A stretch of DNA of 64,000 nt. Origin: Sphyrna mokarran. Taxonomy: Eukaryota. Positions 12,317-25,416 of the stretch are shown here, in pieces. The position numbers and the translations under genes are program-made. Position 1 is the stretch's first letter; each line of letters opens with the position of its first letter. The stretch spans positions 4,960,001 to 5,024,000 of the forward strand of contig JAGIQG010000038.1 in assembly GCA_024679065.1 (NCBI GenBank), read 5' to 3'. The notes beneath the pieces are model-generated. The model had not been told where the DNA came from, did no database searches, and was given only the letters and a program-made list of their open reading frames with translations.

Positions 12317-13627
12317 TTGCCAGTCGCGTTGCAACGGAGGGCACCTAGCCACTCGCATTGCAGCAGAGGTGCCTGTCTGATCATGTTGCAGCAGAGTCCC
12401 TGGCCGGTCACATTGCAGCAGAGGGTGCCTGGCCAGGTTGCTTTGTAGTGCAGCGGAGGGGTCCTGGCTTGTCACATTGCAGCAAAAGGAGCCAGGCTGG
12501 TTGCAACAGAAGACCTTGCCGGTCGCATTGCAGCAAGGTGCGTCCGGCCGGTAGGGTTGCGGCAAGGTGCGTCCGGCCGGTAGGGTTGCGGCAAGGTGCG
12601 TCCGGCCGGTCGGATTGCGGCAAGGTGCGTCCGGCCGGTCGGGTTGCGGCAAGGTGCGTCCGGCCGGTCCGGGTTGCGGCAAGGTGCGTCCGGCCGGTCC
12701 GGGTTGCGGCAAGGTGCGTCCGGCCGGTCCGGGTTGCGGCAAGGTGCGTCCGGCCGGTCCGGGTTGCGGCAAGGTGCGTCCGGCCGGTCCGGGTTGCGGC
12801 AAGGTGCGTCCGGCCGGTCCGGGTTGCGGCAAGGTGCGTCCGGCCGGTCGGGTTGCGGCAAGGTGCGTCCGGCCGGTCGGGTTGCGGCAAGGTGCGTCCG
12901 GCCGGTCGGGTTGCGGCAAGGTGCGTCCGGCCGGTCGGGTGCGGCAAGGTGCGTCGGCCGGTCGGGTTCGCATAACAGTAGAGTTGCATTGCGGCAAGGT
13001 GCGTCCGGCCGGTCGGGTTGCGGCAAGGTGCGTCCGGCCGGTCGCATAACAGTAGAGTTGCATTGGGCAAGGTGCGTCCGGCCGGTCGGGTTGCGGCAAG
13101 GTGCGTCCGGCCGGTCGCATAACAGTAGAGTTGCATTGCGGCAAGGTGCGTCCGGCCGGTCGGGTTGCGGCAAGGTGCGTCTGGCCAGTCGGGTTGCGGC
13201 AAGGTGCGTCCGGCCGGTCGCATAACAGTAGAGTTGCATTGCGGCAAAGTGCGTCCGGCCGGTCGGGTTGCGGCAAGGTGCGTCCGGCCGGTCGCATAAC
13301 AGTAGAGTTGCATTGCGGCAAGGTGCGTCCGGCCGGTCGGGTTGCGGCAAGGTGCGTCCGGCCGGTCGCATAACAGTAGAGTTGCATTGCGGCAAGGTGC
13401 GTCTGGCCGGTTGCATTGCGGCAAGGTGCGTCTGGCCGGTTGCATTGCGGCAAGGTGTGTCTGGCCGGTTGCATTGCGGCAAGGTGTGTCTGGCCGGTTG
13501 CATTGCGGCAAGGTGTGTCTGGCCAGTTGCATTGCGGCAAGGTGTGTCTGGCCAGTTGCATTGCGGCAAGATGTGTCTGGCCAGTTGCATTGCGGCAAGG
13601 TGTGTCTGGCCAGTTGCATTGCGGCAA
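12317..13627. repeat. CpG-rich minisatellite, 29-30 bp unit TTGCGGCAAGGTGCGTCCGGCCGGTC(C)GGG, with a ~74-bp higher-order block
   Basis: Direct periodicity visible; near-perfect core about 12525-13627; degenerate units about 12317-12525. Confidence 0.97.
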
Positions 13628-16600
13628 AACGGTGTTTAACAAGCTATGTGCCGAAATATAGAAACACTGCAAAAATGAGGCCAGCCATATCATAGCAAAG
13701 AAAATTGAATTGCCATGACGCTAAGACTCGAACGCTATTTTATCTAAGTATTACTTTAAATGTTGCAGATTCTGAAGTGAGCGGGATTGCTTCACATTCT
13801 TGAAGTTAAATGGTAGACTACTCTAAACTTTTTGAAGACGGTGCAAATTTTATCTGACTTTGGGCTCGGAGGTAGTTGTTTTAAATCCATGTGGAATAAT
13901 GAAAGCTGTCTTTCTTGCTGTAGCTTCATGGGTTCCATGGAATGTTCTCTGCTTAAAAAAAAAAGATTGTACTTTAATTCTTCCAGACCTGCAGCTCTAT
14001 CACCCTGGTCAATTAGCCACTAATATTAGAAATGCAGCTGATTTACCTTTGTCTGAAAGTTTGCATGTTTTTTTGTTCGTTTTTGCCTAATTTCATAACC
14101 AATCGTACCCGGTATAATTTCAGAGCTTCCTCTTTCTCTGTGATCAGAGGCTCTTCATGCTATAAGTGTCAACATTGTTGTAACCTTATCGTGTGTGTCA
14201 ATTGATTATCTTTCAGCACTTCACATATCATGAATAACTGAAATACCATCACTCTGTTGCCAAATGCAGTTGCTCTTTTCAGTGCAGCAAGATCCCACAA
14301 ACAGCATTGAAATAATTTTGTTGTGGGTTACTAGATAAATGAGAGATATTTTTGTTTTTAATGAGAATTTGGGTTATAATTAGTGCATTATTTAGGAGCT
14401 GTTTGCAGACATATCTGCTGACTGTTGCAACTTCTGTATCCCAATGCTTGTTATGGCATCGCAACAACTTTAGCACAAATTTGTATTGAAATTTTACAGA
14501 TTTCTGGAAAGTTTTCATTTTGTGTACAGGATTGTACCTATAACGACTATTAGTTAAGTATTGTTTATTTCACCAACATTAGTGAGTTTGATCATAGGAT
14601 TGTGCAAAGCATCGTTCTTTAAATTTGAAACAGGTCAAATTGCATAAAAAAGCAAACTTGAGGCTTCGTGTTGCATCAGCCATGACTTTAGCCATCAGAT
14701 TACATCTGGGAGTAAATTTATTTTGCCAGGTGAGAATGTTTAAGCAATAGGTCAGATAAGTTGGTGGCTAAAGTTGCTAGTAAGCTGTAATTCAAAATGA
14801 GAATTTTTTTAAATGTTGTTCCTCCCCCTTCAACTGAAAAATGATCCTTAAATTTCTATCTAGTGTTTCTGGACATGGTTGGATCCCACTACTTAATGGG
14901 CAGGGGAATAGCAGTTTAGAGAATTTGCTGGGTTTAGAACTCTATTTTGCCTTTACTTTTTAAATGGCTGTAGAGGTTCTTGAAGAAGCTCTCCAGACAT
15001 CTTATTTGAATTCCTCCAGAATTCAAATGGAAGTGTCCACATGAATGAAGAAGAAGCGTCAAAGAGTGGATGAGATGAGGGCAAAGAGGTTGGGACCAGG
15101 AAATAAGGTAGGTTAGAGAATGGTGGTTTTACCTCTGGATCCTGTATCTCAAACTTGAATAATGGAACTCTTTGCTCTGCTGATATGAAAGACTGTGTAT
15201 TTTACTTGCTCAGTCCATTAAGCAGGAAACATTGAGCTGTTTTCTCTCTGGTTTTGCATGTTGATAACACTGAAGCTAATTTAATGTTGGTTCTCTTGTA
15301 GGAAAAGCAGGGCACATCATTTTCTTAACAAATTCAACTTGTATATACAGGTTTTTACGAAACCAGAAAACCACTGGAATGGAATATTTTTGAGTATTGT
15401 TGCAATCATACTCTGGTGGGAGGGGGTTGTGTGAAAGAGATGGTGTTAAAAGTGAATGCTTTGTTCTGGAAGTATTTCTCAGTTTGCGTTTATTGTTGGT
15501 TGCAGGATGACATTTTGTAACTGGAAAAAAATTAGCTAGATATTTTTAGTAAAGCTGTATGTAGTCTTTGCATGTCCTTATTTCTAACAAACTTCTGTGC
15601 AGTCATATTGCATGGTGCTAATGGGAAAATACATTAGTGTCACTGTGTTAATTTTATCACTTCTCTTGCAACTTTGTGAAACTTTTACTTATTGTGCAAT
15701 ACAAGTTTTGTAAAGCCAGCGTTTGCTTTTGAACCTGGGACATGGTTTTTTTTATAATTTGTCAGTCAGGGTCTATATCACTGAATTGATATCTGGCTCA
15801 TCTTTGAATTAGTCCTGTTCTTTTTCTCTCTCTGCACATTAAGCCTTTGATCCTTCCCTGTGCAGGCATTATTCAAAATTGCTTTCACTGTTTACTCAAC
15901 AGCAAACTTAATTATGAGAGTTGATTGGAAATTCTTTCAAGTCCATGTAGCTTTCCATGAAACATGGCAGAAAAAGACCTTAAGTTCCAGTTTGTCTCAG
16001 CATAGCTCCAGGTCAAATAATCAAATATGCCAAATTGTTCAGTGTAAATGCAGTTGAGATGTGTTCTATGTCGTCACATAAAGCTGGACCTATGTATTGT
16101 GTTCCACCAAGGTAGTCTCTTGGCCTGAAGCTATAGGTATTCTCAATGTTGCAATTTTTAAGGTTCTGGATGTCTAATGATTGTAGAGTTTGAGTTGCTA
16201 AACTGTTAATGTATCAATTGATGCAGTTGTATCTGGAGGAAAATTGACATGCGTGCATAACACACAGCTCAGATTACTGCTAATCACCAGCACTGACAAA
16301 CATTGGTCACCAAGCTTATACCAAGTTAGAGCTGATGTTTAGTTTTCTTACGGTGCTGGCTAAAATTGGCTGACAATGTGTGATTGTAGTGCCTTCAAAA
16401 GTAAATCTTACAAATGTAGATTCTTCAGAAATGTTCTTAAGTACCTTTCCCCAGTGGCACACTGATGAGCTGCGTCATGCAGACCAGGAAGGTTCCTGAC
16501 TTGTGCTGACTAGGATTATGGTCAAGGTGGCAATTTGAGGTGGTGCATTTGGCCTAAGCACCACTGGTTTATGGGGAAGCTGTTGGCCAAGACTTTTGGC

Positions 16601-18994
16601 AGCACAGATTCTGGATATCAGTCACCTTGTTAAGATAAGCTGAGGCCCACCTCTGTCCTTCATGATCAGAAGCTGCAAATCTTGATTAACCCCTGTTAAC
16701 AAAAGTTCCTGGATTATGTGAACGCATTGATATTTTAATATAAAAGATTTTCAGGGATGTGGGGAAAGGTTCTATGCCTGTGATAGGTTAAATGTAGCTC
16801 ATGTGGTCATGACATCAAATAGGATGATGCCAGATGCTTCTGTTCAGGATCACGTTGATTAACTGGGTCACAATAATTCCTGATGGCGTGAATTTTGACT
16901 TGATTGGCCTAAGGTCGTCATCCTGGTTGCTTCAGCACCTGGTGGTGGTTGGGTTAGTGAAGGCAGTCCAGACAACAGCTGAGCAGAGTAGCAGACTGGT
17001 TAGTTGGTCAATATTGCAATTAATGTGGTGCAGGCAACTGTTGTATAAAGCTGATAAGATTTCAACTGTAGTAATCAACCAAAGACCAGTTTATTGTCAT
17101 GTTGCAATGCCACAGCAGCACAAAAAATGTGAAACTTCCATCTTCAGGCTATCAGTTTTGTTGTACTGTTGGTGCTTTTGAAAGCTGTATATGACTGATG
17201 CAGCAAGAGTAATGCTTTATTTTACTCCTGTGCTAATATTGCAGCAATGGATGTAGATACCAAGGCAAAAGAATTGTTCAAAGTAATTAGTGTTATTTCT
17301 GACTTGCAGATGGACTGATGTCCATTCATTAAATGGGTTTTCATTACAAATTTGACATTTTCTTTGGATGTTTGTAGATCTCTGAAGTGCGTTTATTTCA
17401 ATTAAAACAACCAGCTCAGTTAAAAGTCCTGTTGATATGAATTTGAGTCCTTAATCCAGTTATGATTGCCATCAGAATTATTTGTGTAAATCTTAAATTC
17501 TAAGCCATAAAACATACTTGACAAACATCTGGTTTAGTATTAAATACAATGGTCAGTTGGTTTCCAACATAAATATACTCAGCACTGTCACTATACAACA
17601 ATTAAAATGTTTGTAAATCATTTGCTGGCACATTTTAGGTCAGCTGGCAGTCTCTGCCACAAAGCCTTGTGGTTGACAAAAATACTGGCATTTTTGCGAT
17701 TAACAGAGGATATGTAAAATGGTCTGTTGAATCTTCTATTTATTGTGCTAACAATAGTCTTGTAGGAAAAATCAATGGTAGAGTTCTCTGGCATGAAGCC
17801 AAATTGTTAGTGTCTTTGAGTCTAGAGGCATTGTATGCTTCTGCTGATCAGTACTAATGCAAAATCTTTGCCAGGAGCCAATGACAAATCTCATAATATA
17901 TGGAGCACGTGAACTGGCATCCCTTTTTTAAAAAGTAATAAGCCATGAAAAGTTGGTCAAGTATTAAAGTAGATCCACCATTTGCTGACCACTGAGTTTA
18001 TTCATAGTCTGAATGAGGTTGCAACAGTGTGGGTCTTCATATTTTCAGTTGGAAAATTGCTTGCATAACTTGTGTTTGAATGTGAATTTAATTGAATTTT
18101 TAATTACACTTGATGTAAATTTTTAAGGAAATTTGAGATTCATGATGAAAGCCAGTTGAATTGAAAACTGGCTTGACACTAGGAAGTGGAAATTGGTAAA
18201 TAAATGGAAGAAGTTCTGGATGCAAGGCGTTGATCAGTATTTCAGAAAAAAATTATACCATGTTAAATAATTTGGGCAAAGCATCTTTATTCCCAAGGAA
18301 TCTTTTGGAATGCAAACTATTTACAGTGATCAAAGGTTATTTCTGCAAGCAAGTTGCACAAATAAATGTCTCTCCTCTAACTCTTCCTGTCTCCTAGTTA
18401 GATCACTGACATGTTCAGCAGGCAGTAAAATGTTGCAGCTCTATTAATGTCCTACAAAAGAATATGGATTGCCATTCTAGTATGATGCTGTCCAGCTAAA
18501 TGCAGACATTCTCCTCCTTAGGAAATTATCTGTATTGGGACCCAGTAGTAACTAAGTACCAGCAAAGTTTAAAAGTGATGCATGAGGATCCAGTACATCC
18601 TGATATGCCCAGACTTTGAAGGGTTTCATTCTGCAGCAGAGGAGCCCCTGCTCCCCACTACCTGCTACCATTAATTACTTCCATGTTGTAGTGCTAAACC
18701 AAACTTTTTAGTTCAACTAGAAAAGTCATAGGACCAAGTCTGAAATTTGAATCTAATGATCAACGAATATTGGGAGCTGCTCAGGAATGTTGCAGCTCAT
18801 TCCACTGGAATTCTTGCTTATGCTAGCCTGCAGTGGGTTTCTTTCAATACTTCGTTTTTCTCTTGCTTTGAAAGGAAGTGTTGCTCCATTTATTGTCAAA
18901 GATATAACATGCCATGTAACGAGAATACCATTTGTCATTCCATCCTACTTTATTCAGTAACAAAACATTAACTAAACCCATTAAAGCAGCAAAA

Positions 18995-19380
18995 TGACAA
19001 AAAAATGATAGAAATATTCAGCAAGTCAGGCAACATCTGTGGGGAGAGAAGCAGTCTTAACATTTCAGATTTTTGTTTCAGATTCCAGCATCTGCAGTAT
19101 TTTGTGTTTATCTTAACATTTAAGGTATCTGATTTTTCACTGGAACTGGAAGAAGTTAGAAATGTAATAGACTTTGAGCAGGTGGGGGTGTTTATGGGAA
19201 AGAAGGAAGATCTGTGTTTTAAGCAGAAGAAATTAATGACAAAAGACTTCATGGTGCAAGCTCAAAGGGACAAATAAAGAAGCAAGGTGTGAATGGCAGA
19301 ATCCTGAATAACTGCCGCCTATAAGAAGAGGAAATGAGGGGAAAAGAAAACAACACTTTTAAACCACATAAATCAAACAG
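18995..19380. mobile_element. Rearranged remnant of an abundant short repeat (probably Penelope-derived terminal sequence); related pieces at 51540-51662 and about 55075-55130
   Basis: gaaatattcagcaagtcaggcaacatctgtgg followed by the inverted terminus tttcagattccagcatctgcagtattttg; same terminus in the other orientation at 51543 (gcaaaatactgcagattctggaaatctgaaa). Confidence 0.55.
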
Positions 19381-20137
19381 GGTTATCAAGAATTGCCGTT
19401 GTGTTGTTTACTAACTGGAAAGTGTGTCACACACATGCTTTTGTGAATTGTTGATCAGACAGTTTAAAGTGATGAGTGCTCTAGCACTGCTGTGTTCTAA
19501 GCCAGTATTGATGTCCTGTCTTTGAGAATGTCATCTCTTGTTTGCGATTCAACTTTTACACATTTGTCTGTGGAGTTTGAACAATGAGGAAGAATGTTAT
19601 GTTACCTTTCCTTTTGGTTTGGTGTTCCTCATCCTATTGTACTTCAGCCTCCATATACAAAGCTTCCTCCATCTAATAGAGTGCAACTTAGAACTTAATT
19701 TTAAGTCTTGTATTTAACCTTCTGATTATCAACTCCTTAAATCTGCTGCAACCTTCTTTCAAGCAAACTGAGATATGCTCCCAGAATGAGGCCTATATAT
19801 GCAGTGGAATGGGGAAAGGTCACGTGAATCTCATGGCCTTCTGTGGTGCCAAACTTTTAAAAGGTACACAGTCCTGGTATTTTTGCCACCTCATTTCAAC
19901 GAGGACTTATTTGTATGTGGATTTTGAACTACCTTCAAAAAATGAGGATGATGGTATCTAAGGTAGGTAATTTACATCTGTTGTGCTACGTCCCACTCTG
20001 CTTTTTAAAATGAAGATACTGATGTTAGATGTAATGAAAAATAATTTTTTTTAAGTGTGCATACTTAGAAATTTTACTTTCCGGAATTATTTATAGGTTA
20101 GCAGAGATTTTTTTTCTTAACCTTCCATATCTGACAG

Positions 20138-20309
20138 GAAGCGTTCTTTGGAAAATCACTGCTGGACAGCAGTCGGAAAGTTTGCCTCAGCTCAGAGGGT
20201 TTCTCTGATAATGAAAGCACTGAGTTTCCACAAGCCACGCCTCAAGCGGACTCGGCACCTCAGCAGAAAGATGTAACTGATGAAAAACGTGATGGAGCCC
20301 AGGAAAGGG
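20138..20309 (+). CDS. kmt2d: KMT2D coding exon (approx. exon 23): EAFFGKSLLDSSRK...AQER
   Basis: ctgacag| ... aggg|gtgaga; 172 nt, phase 0-1; continues YLQ-EAFFGK-LLD motif. Confidence 0.93.
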
Positions 20310-21104
20310 GTGAGAGACTTAAGGCTATTGATACTGTTGTTTATATTACCTTTCTGGGCCTTATTTTACAGGATTAAATCTGACTACTTTGGCACAATCC
20401 TATAAATCTCTACTGATAATCTCGTACATTCCAAATGTTCTGGGCTGATTTTTGAAATAGCTGCATTTTTTTGAACAAGTAATTGTAGTAATCAAATGAA
20501 AAGCACTTTTAACAGTCCAGGATTCAAACCGTATAGTGGCTTTATTCTTAAATATTTATGGAGAAAATGCTTATTCTCCTGAAAAAGAATCGAGCGGAAG
20601 GAATACTATGTGGATGTCCATTAAAACCAGCATAAAAACAAAAAAGAGAAAATAGACCAGTAATTGGAGTCATATCTGACATACAGTAAGGTTGTGGTTG
20701 TTGAAGGACAATTCTCGCAAATCCTGGGCCATGTTTTGCTTGCGTTCCTTAGGAAAGCATCTTTGGCCTGTTTATCTTCAGTTTATTGGCTAAAGGCTGC
20801 ACTTGCCTCACTCTTCTGTGACCTCTACCACTGAGAAGGCTTCGAGCAGCAATGCTGTGAGAATATCATTTCTGAATTCCTCTCCCAAATTGTGTACTTT
20901 CCTGGCTTTGACAAATATTCACTATTGCTAGGTCAACATCCTAGCATTTCCTATCTAATGCCATTGTGGGAGCATTATCACCACACAGATTCTAGAAGTC
21001 CAAGGAGAAGGCCCTCCACCAACAGCTGAGGGCAGATAAAGATAGGCAGGCAGTAAATGGACCAATCAGTGCCATCCATGAGTAAATCTTAAAATGTCTA
21101 TGTA

Positions 21105-23170
21105 GGACGAAGGAGCATTTGACCCTTTGAGCCTATTCCACTATTTAGTGAGTTCATGGCTGAACTGTTTGTGGTCTCAATTCCACTTTGCTGTCTGACT
21201 CCTTGACTTTCTTGTCCATCAAAAACTATCTAACTGAGCCTTGAATAAATTAATGACACAGCATCTGATTTCTATAGAAGAGAATTCGACATTCTTAAAG
21301 ACCAACTGGGAGAAGAAAATTGTCCTCATCTCTGTCTGATACGAACTGTGCCCCCTGCTACTTGTGTCTCCCATTAGAGGAAATATCCTCCCAGTAGCTA
21401 CGCTATTAAATCTTCTCGTATTCTTTTGTTTCAGTAAGATCACCTCTCATTCTTCTAAATTCTCATTCTTCTAAATTCTCATTCTTCTAAATTCTCATTC
21501 TTCTAAATTCTCATTCTTCTAAATTCTCATTCTTCTAAATTCTCATTCTTCTAAATTCTCATTCTTCTAATTTCTCATTCTTCTAAATTCTCATTCTTCT
21601 AATTTCTCATTCTTCTAAATTCTCATTCTTCTAAATTCTCATTCTTCTAAATTCTCATTCTTCTAAATTCTCATTCTTCTAAATTCTCATTCTTCTAAAT
21701 TCTCATTCTTCTAAATTCTCATTCTTCTAAATTCTCATTCTTCTAAATTCTCATTCTTCTAAATTCTCATTCTTCTAAATTCTCATTCTTCTAATTTCTC
21801 ATTCTTCTAAATTCTCATTCTTCTAAATTCTCATTCTTCTAAATTCTCATTCTTCTAAATTCTCATTCTTCTAAATTCTCATTCTTCTAAATTCTCATTC
21901 TTCTAAATTCTCATTCTTCTAAATTCTCATTCTTCTAAATTCTCATTCTTCTAAATTCATTCTTCTAATCTCATTCTTCTAAATCTCATTCTTCTAAATT
22001 CTCATTTCTAAATCTCATTCTTCTAAATTCTCATTCTTCTAATTCTCATTCTTCTAAATTCTCATTCTTCTAAATTCTCATTCTTCTAATTCTCATTCTT
22101 CTAAATTCTCATTCTTCTAAATTCTCATTCTTCTAAATTTCATTCTTCTAAATTCTCATTCTCTAAATCTCTTCTTCTAAATTCTCATTCTTCTAAATTC
22201 TCATTCTTCTAAATTCTCATTCTTCTAATTTCATTCTTCTAAATTCCATTTCTAAATTCTCATTCTTCTAAATTCTCATTCTTCTAAATTCTCATTCTTC
22301 TAATTTCTCATTCTTCTAAATTCTCATTCTTCTAAATTCTCATTCTTCTAAATTTCATTCTTCTAAATTCTCATTCTTCTAAATTCTCATTCTTCTAAAT
22401 TCTCATTCTTCTAAATTCTCATTCTTCTAAATTCTCATTCTTCTAAATTCTCATTCTTCTAAATTCTCATTCTTCTAATTTCTCATTCTTCTAAATTCTC
22501 ATTCTTCTAATTTCTCATTCTTCTAAATTCTCATTCTTCTAAATTCTCATTCTTCTAAATTCTCATTCTTCTAAATTCTCATTCTTCTAAATTCTCATTC
22601 TTCTAAATTCTCATTCTTCTAAATTCTCATTCTTCTAAATTCTCATTCTTCTAAATTCCAATAAGGCATTTAAAACTAAACTCTAACCTGTTCAACTTTT
22701 CTTCATAAGTCCTTTATCCCAGAAATGAATGGAATAAAGCTTTGCTGAACCGTTTCCAGCAGAATTATATCCTTGTTCAAATAAGGAGACCAAAGCCATG
22801 CACAGTACTCCAGATGTGGTCTCATTAAGGCCCTATATGGCTGCAGTAAAATTTCCCAACTTTGAAACTTCATTCCCCTTGCAAATAAATGCCAATATTC
22901 CATTTGTTTTCCTAATTGCTTGCTATATTGTGAACCAACTGTTTGTGATTCATGGACCAGGGCACCCCCTGCACAACCAGTTTCTCAATCGCTGTCCGTT
23001 TCCATTCCTGTCAAAATGGATAAGTTTACATTTTCCCACATTGCATTCCAACTGCCAGATTTTTGCCCACTCACTTGACCTGTTTATATCCTTTTGCAGG
23101 CTCTTTGCCTTTTGTTGACAACTTACTTTCCTGCCTATCTTGGTATCATCATCAAATTTAGCTACCATAT
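21105..23170 (-). mobile_element. CR1 LINE 3' part, antisense, split by the 16-mer array
   Basis: Minus-strand peptides MVAKFDDDTKIG, ALMRPHLEYCAWLWSPYL; 3' UTR-like sequence at about 21110-21440. Confidence 0.85.
21445..22658. repeat. Tandem array of 16-bp unit TCTCATTCTTCTAAAT, roughly 75 copies
   Basis: Direct periodicity; no G on the + strand; scattered 1-2 nt deletions at about 21950-22360. Confidence 0.98.
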
Positions 23171-23427
23171 ATTTAGCCTATTGGAGGATTGATTTTGGGT
23201 TGTTGTGTCTTCCAGTGATCAGTGCTGGGACCAAATGTTGCTAATCTACATAGATCATCTGAATTCAGAAAAAACAATGCTGGCTGGACAGATTTGACTT
23301 TGAAATGTGACTGAAAACAAGCTAGTGACATCATTTAGTATCTGTTGAACTGATTTTATTTCCTGTTGACTTGTAACCGAAGCTTAATTTTTCTATATTA
23401 ATAAATATTTCCAATTCATTTTGACAG

Positions 23428-23526
23428 CTCCTGATACAAAAACAATCCAAGGCCTCACAGAACACAATGGAGATTCAATTCCAGATGAACCACCTAAAAC
23501 TGAAGAAACTCAACCAGATGGAATGG
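23428..23526 (+). CDS. kmt2d: KMT2D coding exon (approx. exon 24): APDTKTIQGLTEHNGDSIPDEPPKTEETQPDGM
   Basis: ttttgacag| ... atgg|gtaagt; 99 nt, phase 1-1, open in the expected frame; poorly conserved peptide. Confidence 0.78.
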
Positions 23527-24039
23527 GTAAGTAAGAAGGAGCAGAATGTGAGATTACCATTTTATTTAGATATCTCCAAATACAAATGCGCTGTTGCAAC
23601 TGCACCCCCCCCCCCCCAAAACTTGGTTTCTGTAGCATTCTGAATTAAATCCAAAAACTGGTTGCAATCAAATTTGGATTTGTAGAACAGATAAGTGCAC
23701 TATGCAAAGGCTATTGATTTTGATTCCAAATTAAATTTGTTATCCCCCAATAAACAATTTTGGTTACAAAGTGCAATGTGTTATTGCACTATTGCAGTGT
23801 TCTGTAGAACAGTGAGGCAAGACATCCAGCCAGAATAATGGAGTGCTTGCTGATATGGGAAGAAAAGTTGTAGTACAACTGCTATAAAGTATGTTTCTGC
23901 AGGTTTTAGTCCTTATATTTTTCATGGTTATGAATTGAATGACTTTGACAGGTTTTGAACAAGGCAGCCATCTTGTGTTTAGGTATAGCATGTAATACAG
24001 AAAAATCTAAAAAGAGAAGCTCTTTTTAAATGTAACTAA

Positions 24040-24800
24040 AATTCATGCCATATAAGTGCCAGGCAGTGACCATCCCAAACAAAGAATCTAATCATTGCCA
24101 CTTGACATTCCTTGGTATTGCCATTGCTGAATACCCCAACATCAACATCCTGGGAGTTAAATTGACCAGAAACTGGATGGTCACTGTGACTATAAGAGCT
24201 GGTCAGAGGCTGGAAATCCTGCAGAGTATAACTCACCTCCTGACTTCCCAAAGCCTGTTCACTGTCTACAAGGCACAAGTCATGGGTATGATAGAATATA
24301 CTCCACTTGCTTGGGTGAGTACAACTCCAATAGCACTCAAGAAGCTTGACACCAGCCAGGACACAACCCACTTGATTGGCACCCCATCTACTAACATTCA
24401 CGCCTTTCACCATCTGTGAACAGTGGCACTAATGTGTACCACCTACAAAATGCACTGCAGCAACTCACCAAGACTCCTTAGCCAGCACTTTCCAAATGCA
24501 ACTGCTACCATTTAGAAGGACATGGGTAGCACATGCATGGAAATAGCATCACCTGGAAGTTCCCTTCCAAGCTATTTATCATCCTTACTCGGAAATAAAT
24601 TGCTGTTCTTTCACTGTTGCTGAGTCAAAATCCCTGGAGCTCCCTCCCTAATAGCACTGTGGGATGTACTTTCAGCACAGGGACAGCACCACTTTAAGAA
24701 GGCAGCTCACCACCATCACCACCTTCCTGTGGGCGATTTATGGATGGGCAGTAAATTCTGTCCAAGCCAGCGATACCCACATCCCATGAATGAATTAAAA
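24040..24800 (+). mobile_element. LINE 3' end (CR1-group family with ...cccacatcccatgaatgaat tail); more decayed copy at about 20670-21090
   Basis: ORF 24045..24419 INILGVKL..., RAGQRLEILQ, VYKAQVMGMIEYTPLAW; tail ggcagctcaccaccatcaccaccttcc...atcccatgaatgaat. Confidence 0.75.
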
Positions 24801-25335
24801 AAATTAAAAGCAGTATGTCTAGTACCCATTTCCTGTTGGTCACTCCACAAATCTCAAACTACAGAGAACAAGTGTCCTTTCTCAAAAAGTACAGCGAACC
24901 AAAAATAGTTTTTAACATGTAGAGATTTCTCCAGCAATTGAAAATAACTTAATTGACAGAGGCCTGACTGACCTTGCCAATCATGTAACCTGCAGCCTAA
25001 AGAGCAATTAAACGTTTAAGTTAGCCAGTACTTGCTTAATATTCAGATTTTGTAGCCTTGAAGGAATGCAGCTTCAAATAATGTGTTGTGAATTGTGGCA
25101 CGATGCTGTTTTTACTAAGCATTGTAAAATTCAGCTGAATAAGCAATGGAAATGTAAGTAATGCCATGAGCTGCGCTATTTAATTTAGTTATTCTCTTGC
25201 AATACCCATATGCACATTTGGAAGTCAAGAAACGTTGGCTTTGCCAACCTGTGCCTAAACTTTCTGAACTTGGGTAAGTGGGATGTATCTGTGCAGGAAA
25301 TGTATCCCATTCACATTGCACAAACAGAAGCTGTG

Positions 25336-25416
25336 CTCCCCCTTTCCCCCCCTCCCTCCCCCTTTCCCCCCCCCTCCCCCCCTTTCCCCCCCTCCCTCCC
25401 CCTTTCCCCCCCCCCC
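25336..25416. repeat. Pure C/T tract, about 4 copies of a ~20-bp unit CCTTTCCCCCCCTCCCTCCC
   Basis: Directly visible; many G-runs on the minus strand. Confidence 0.9.

Noticed and set aside
12960-13390. CRISPR-like look: ~29-bp partly palindromic repeats with intervening segments
   Set aside because: The intervening segments are identical rather than unique spacers, there are no cas genes, and the context is a vertebrate intron.
12278-13695. Long overlapping ORFs (up to 471 aa) in several frames on both strands
   Set aside because: By-product of a GC-rich repeat unit lacking stop codons; peptides cycle through frames, with no splice or start context.
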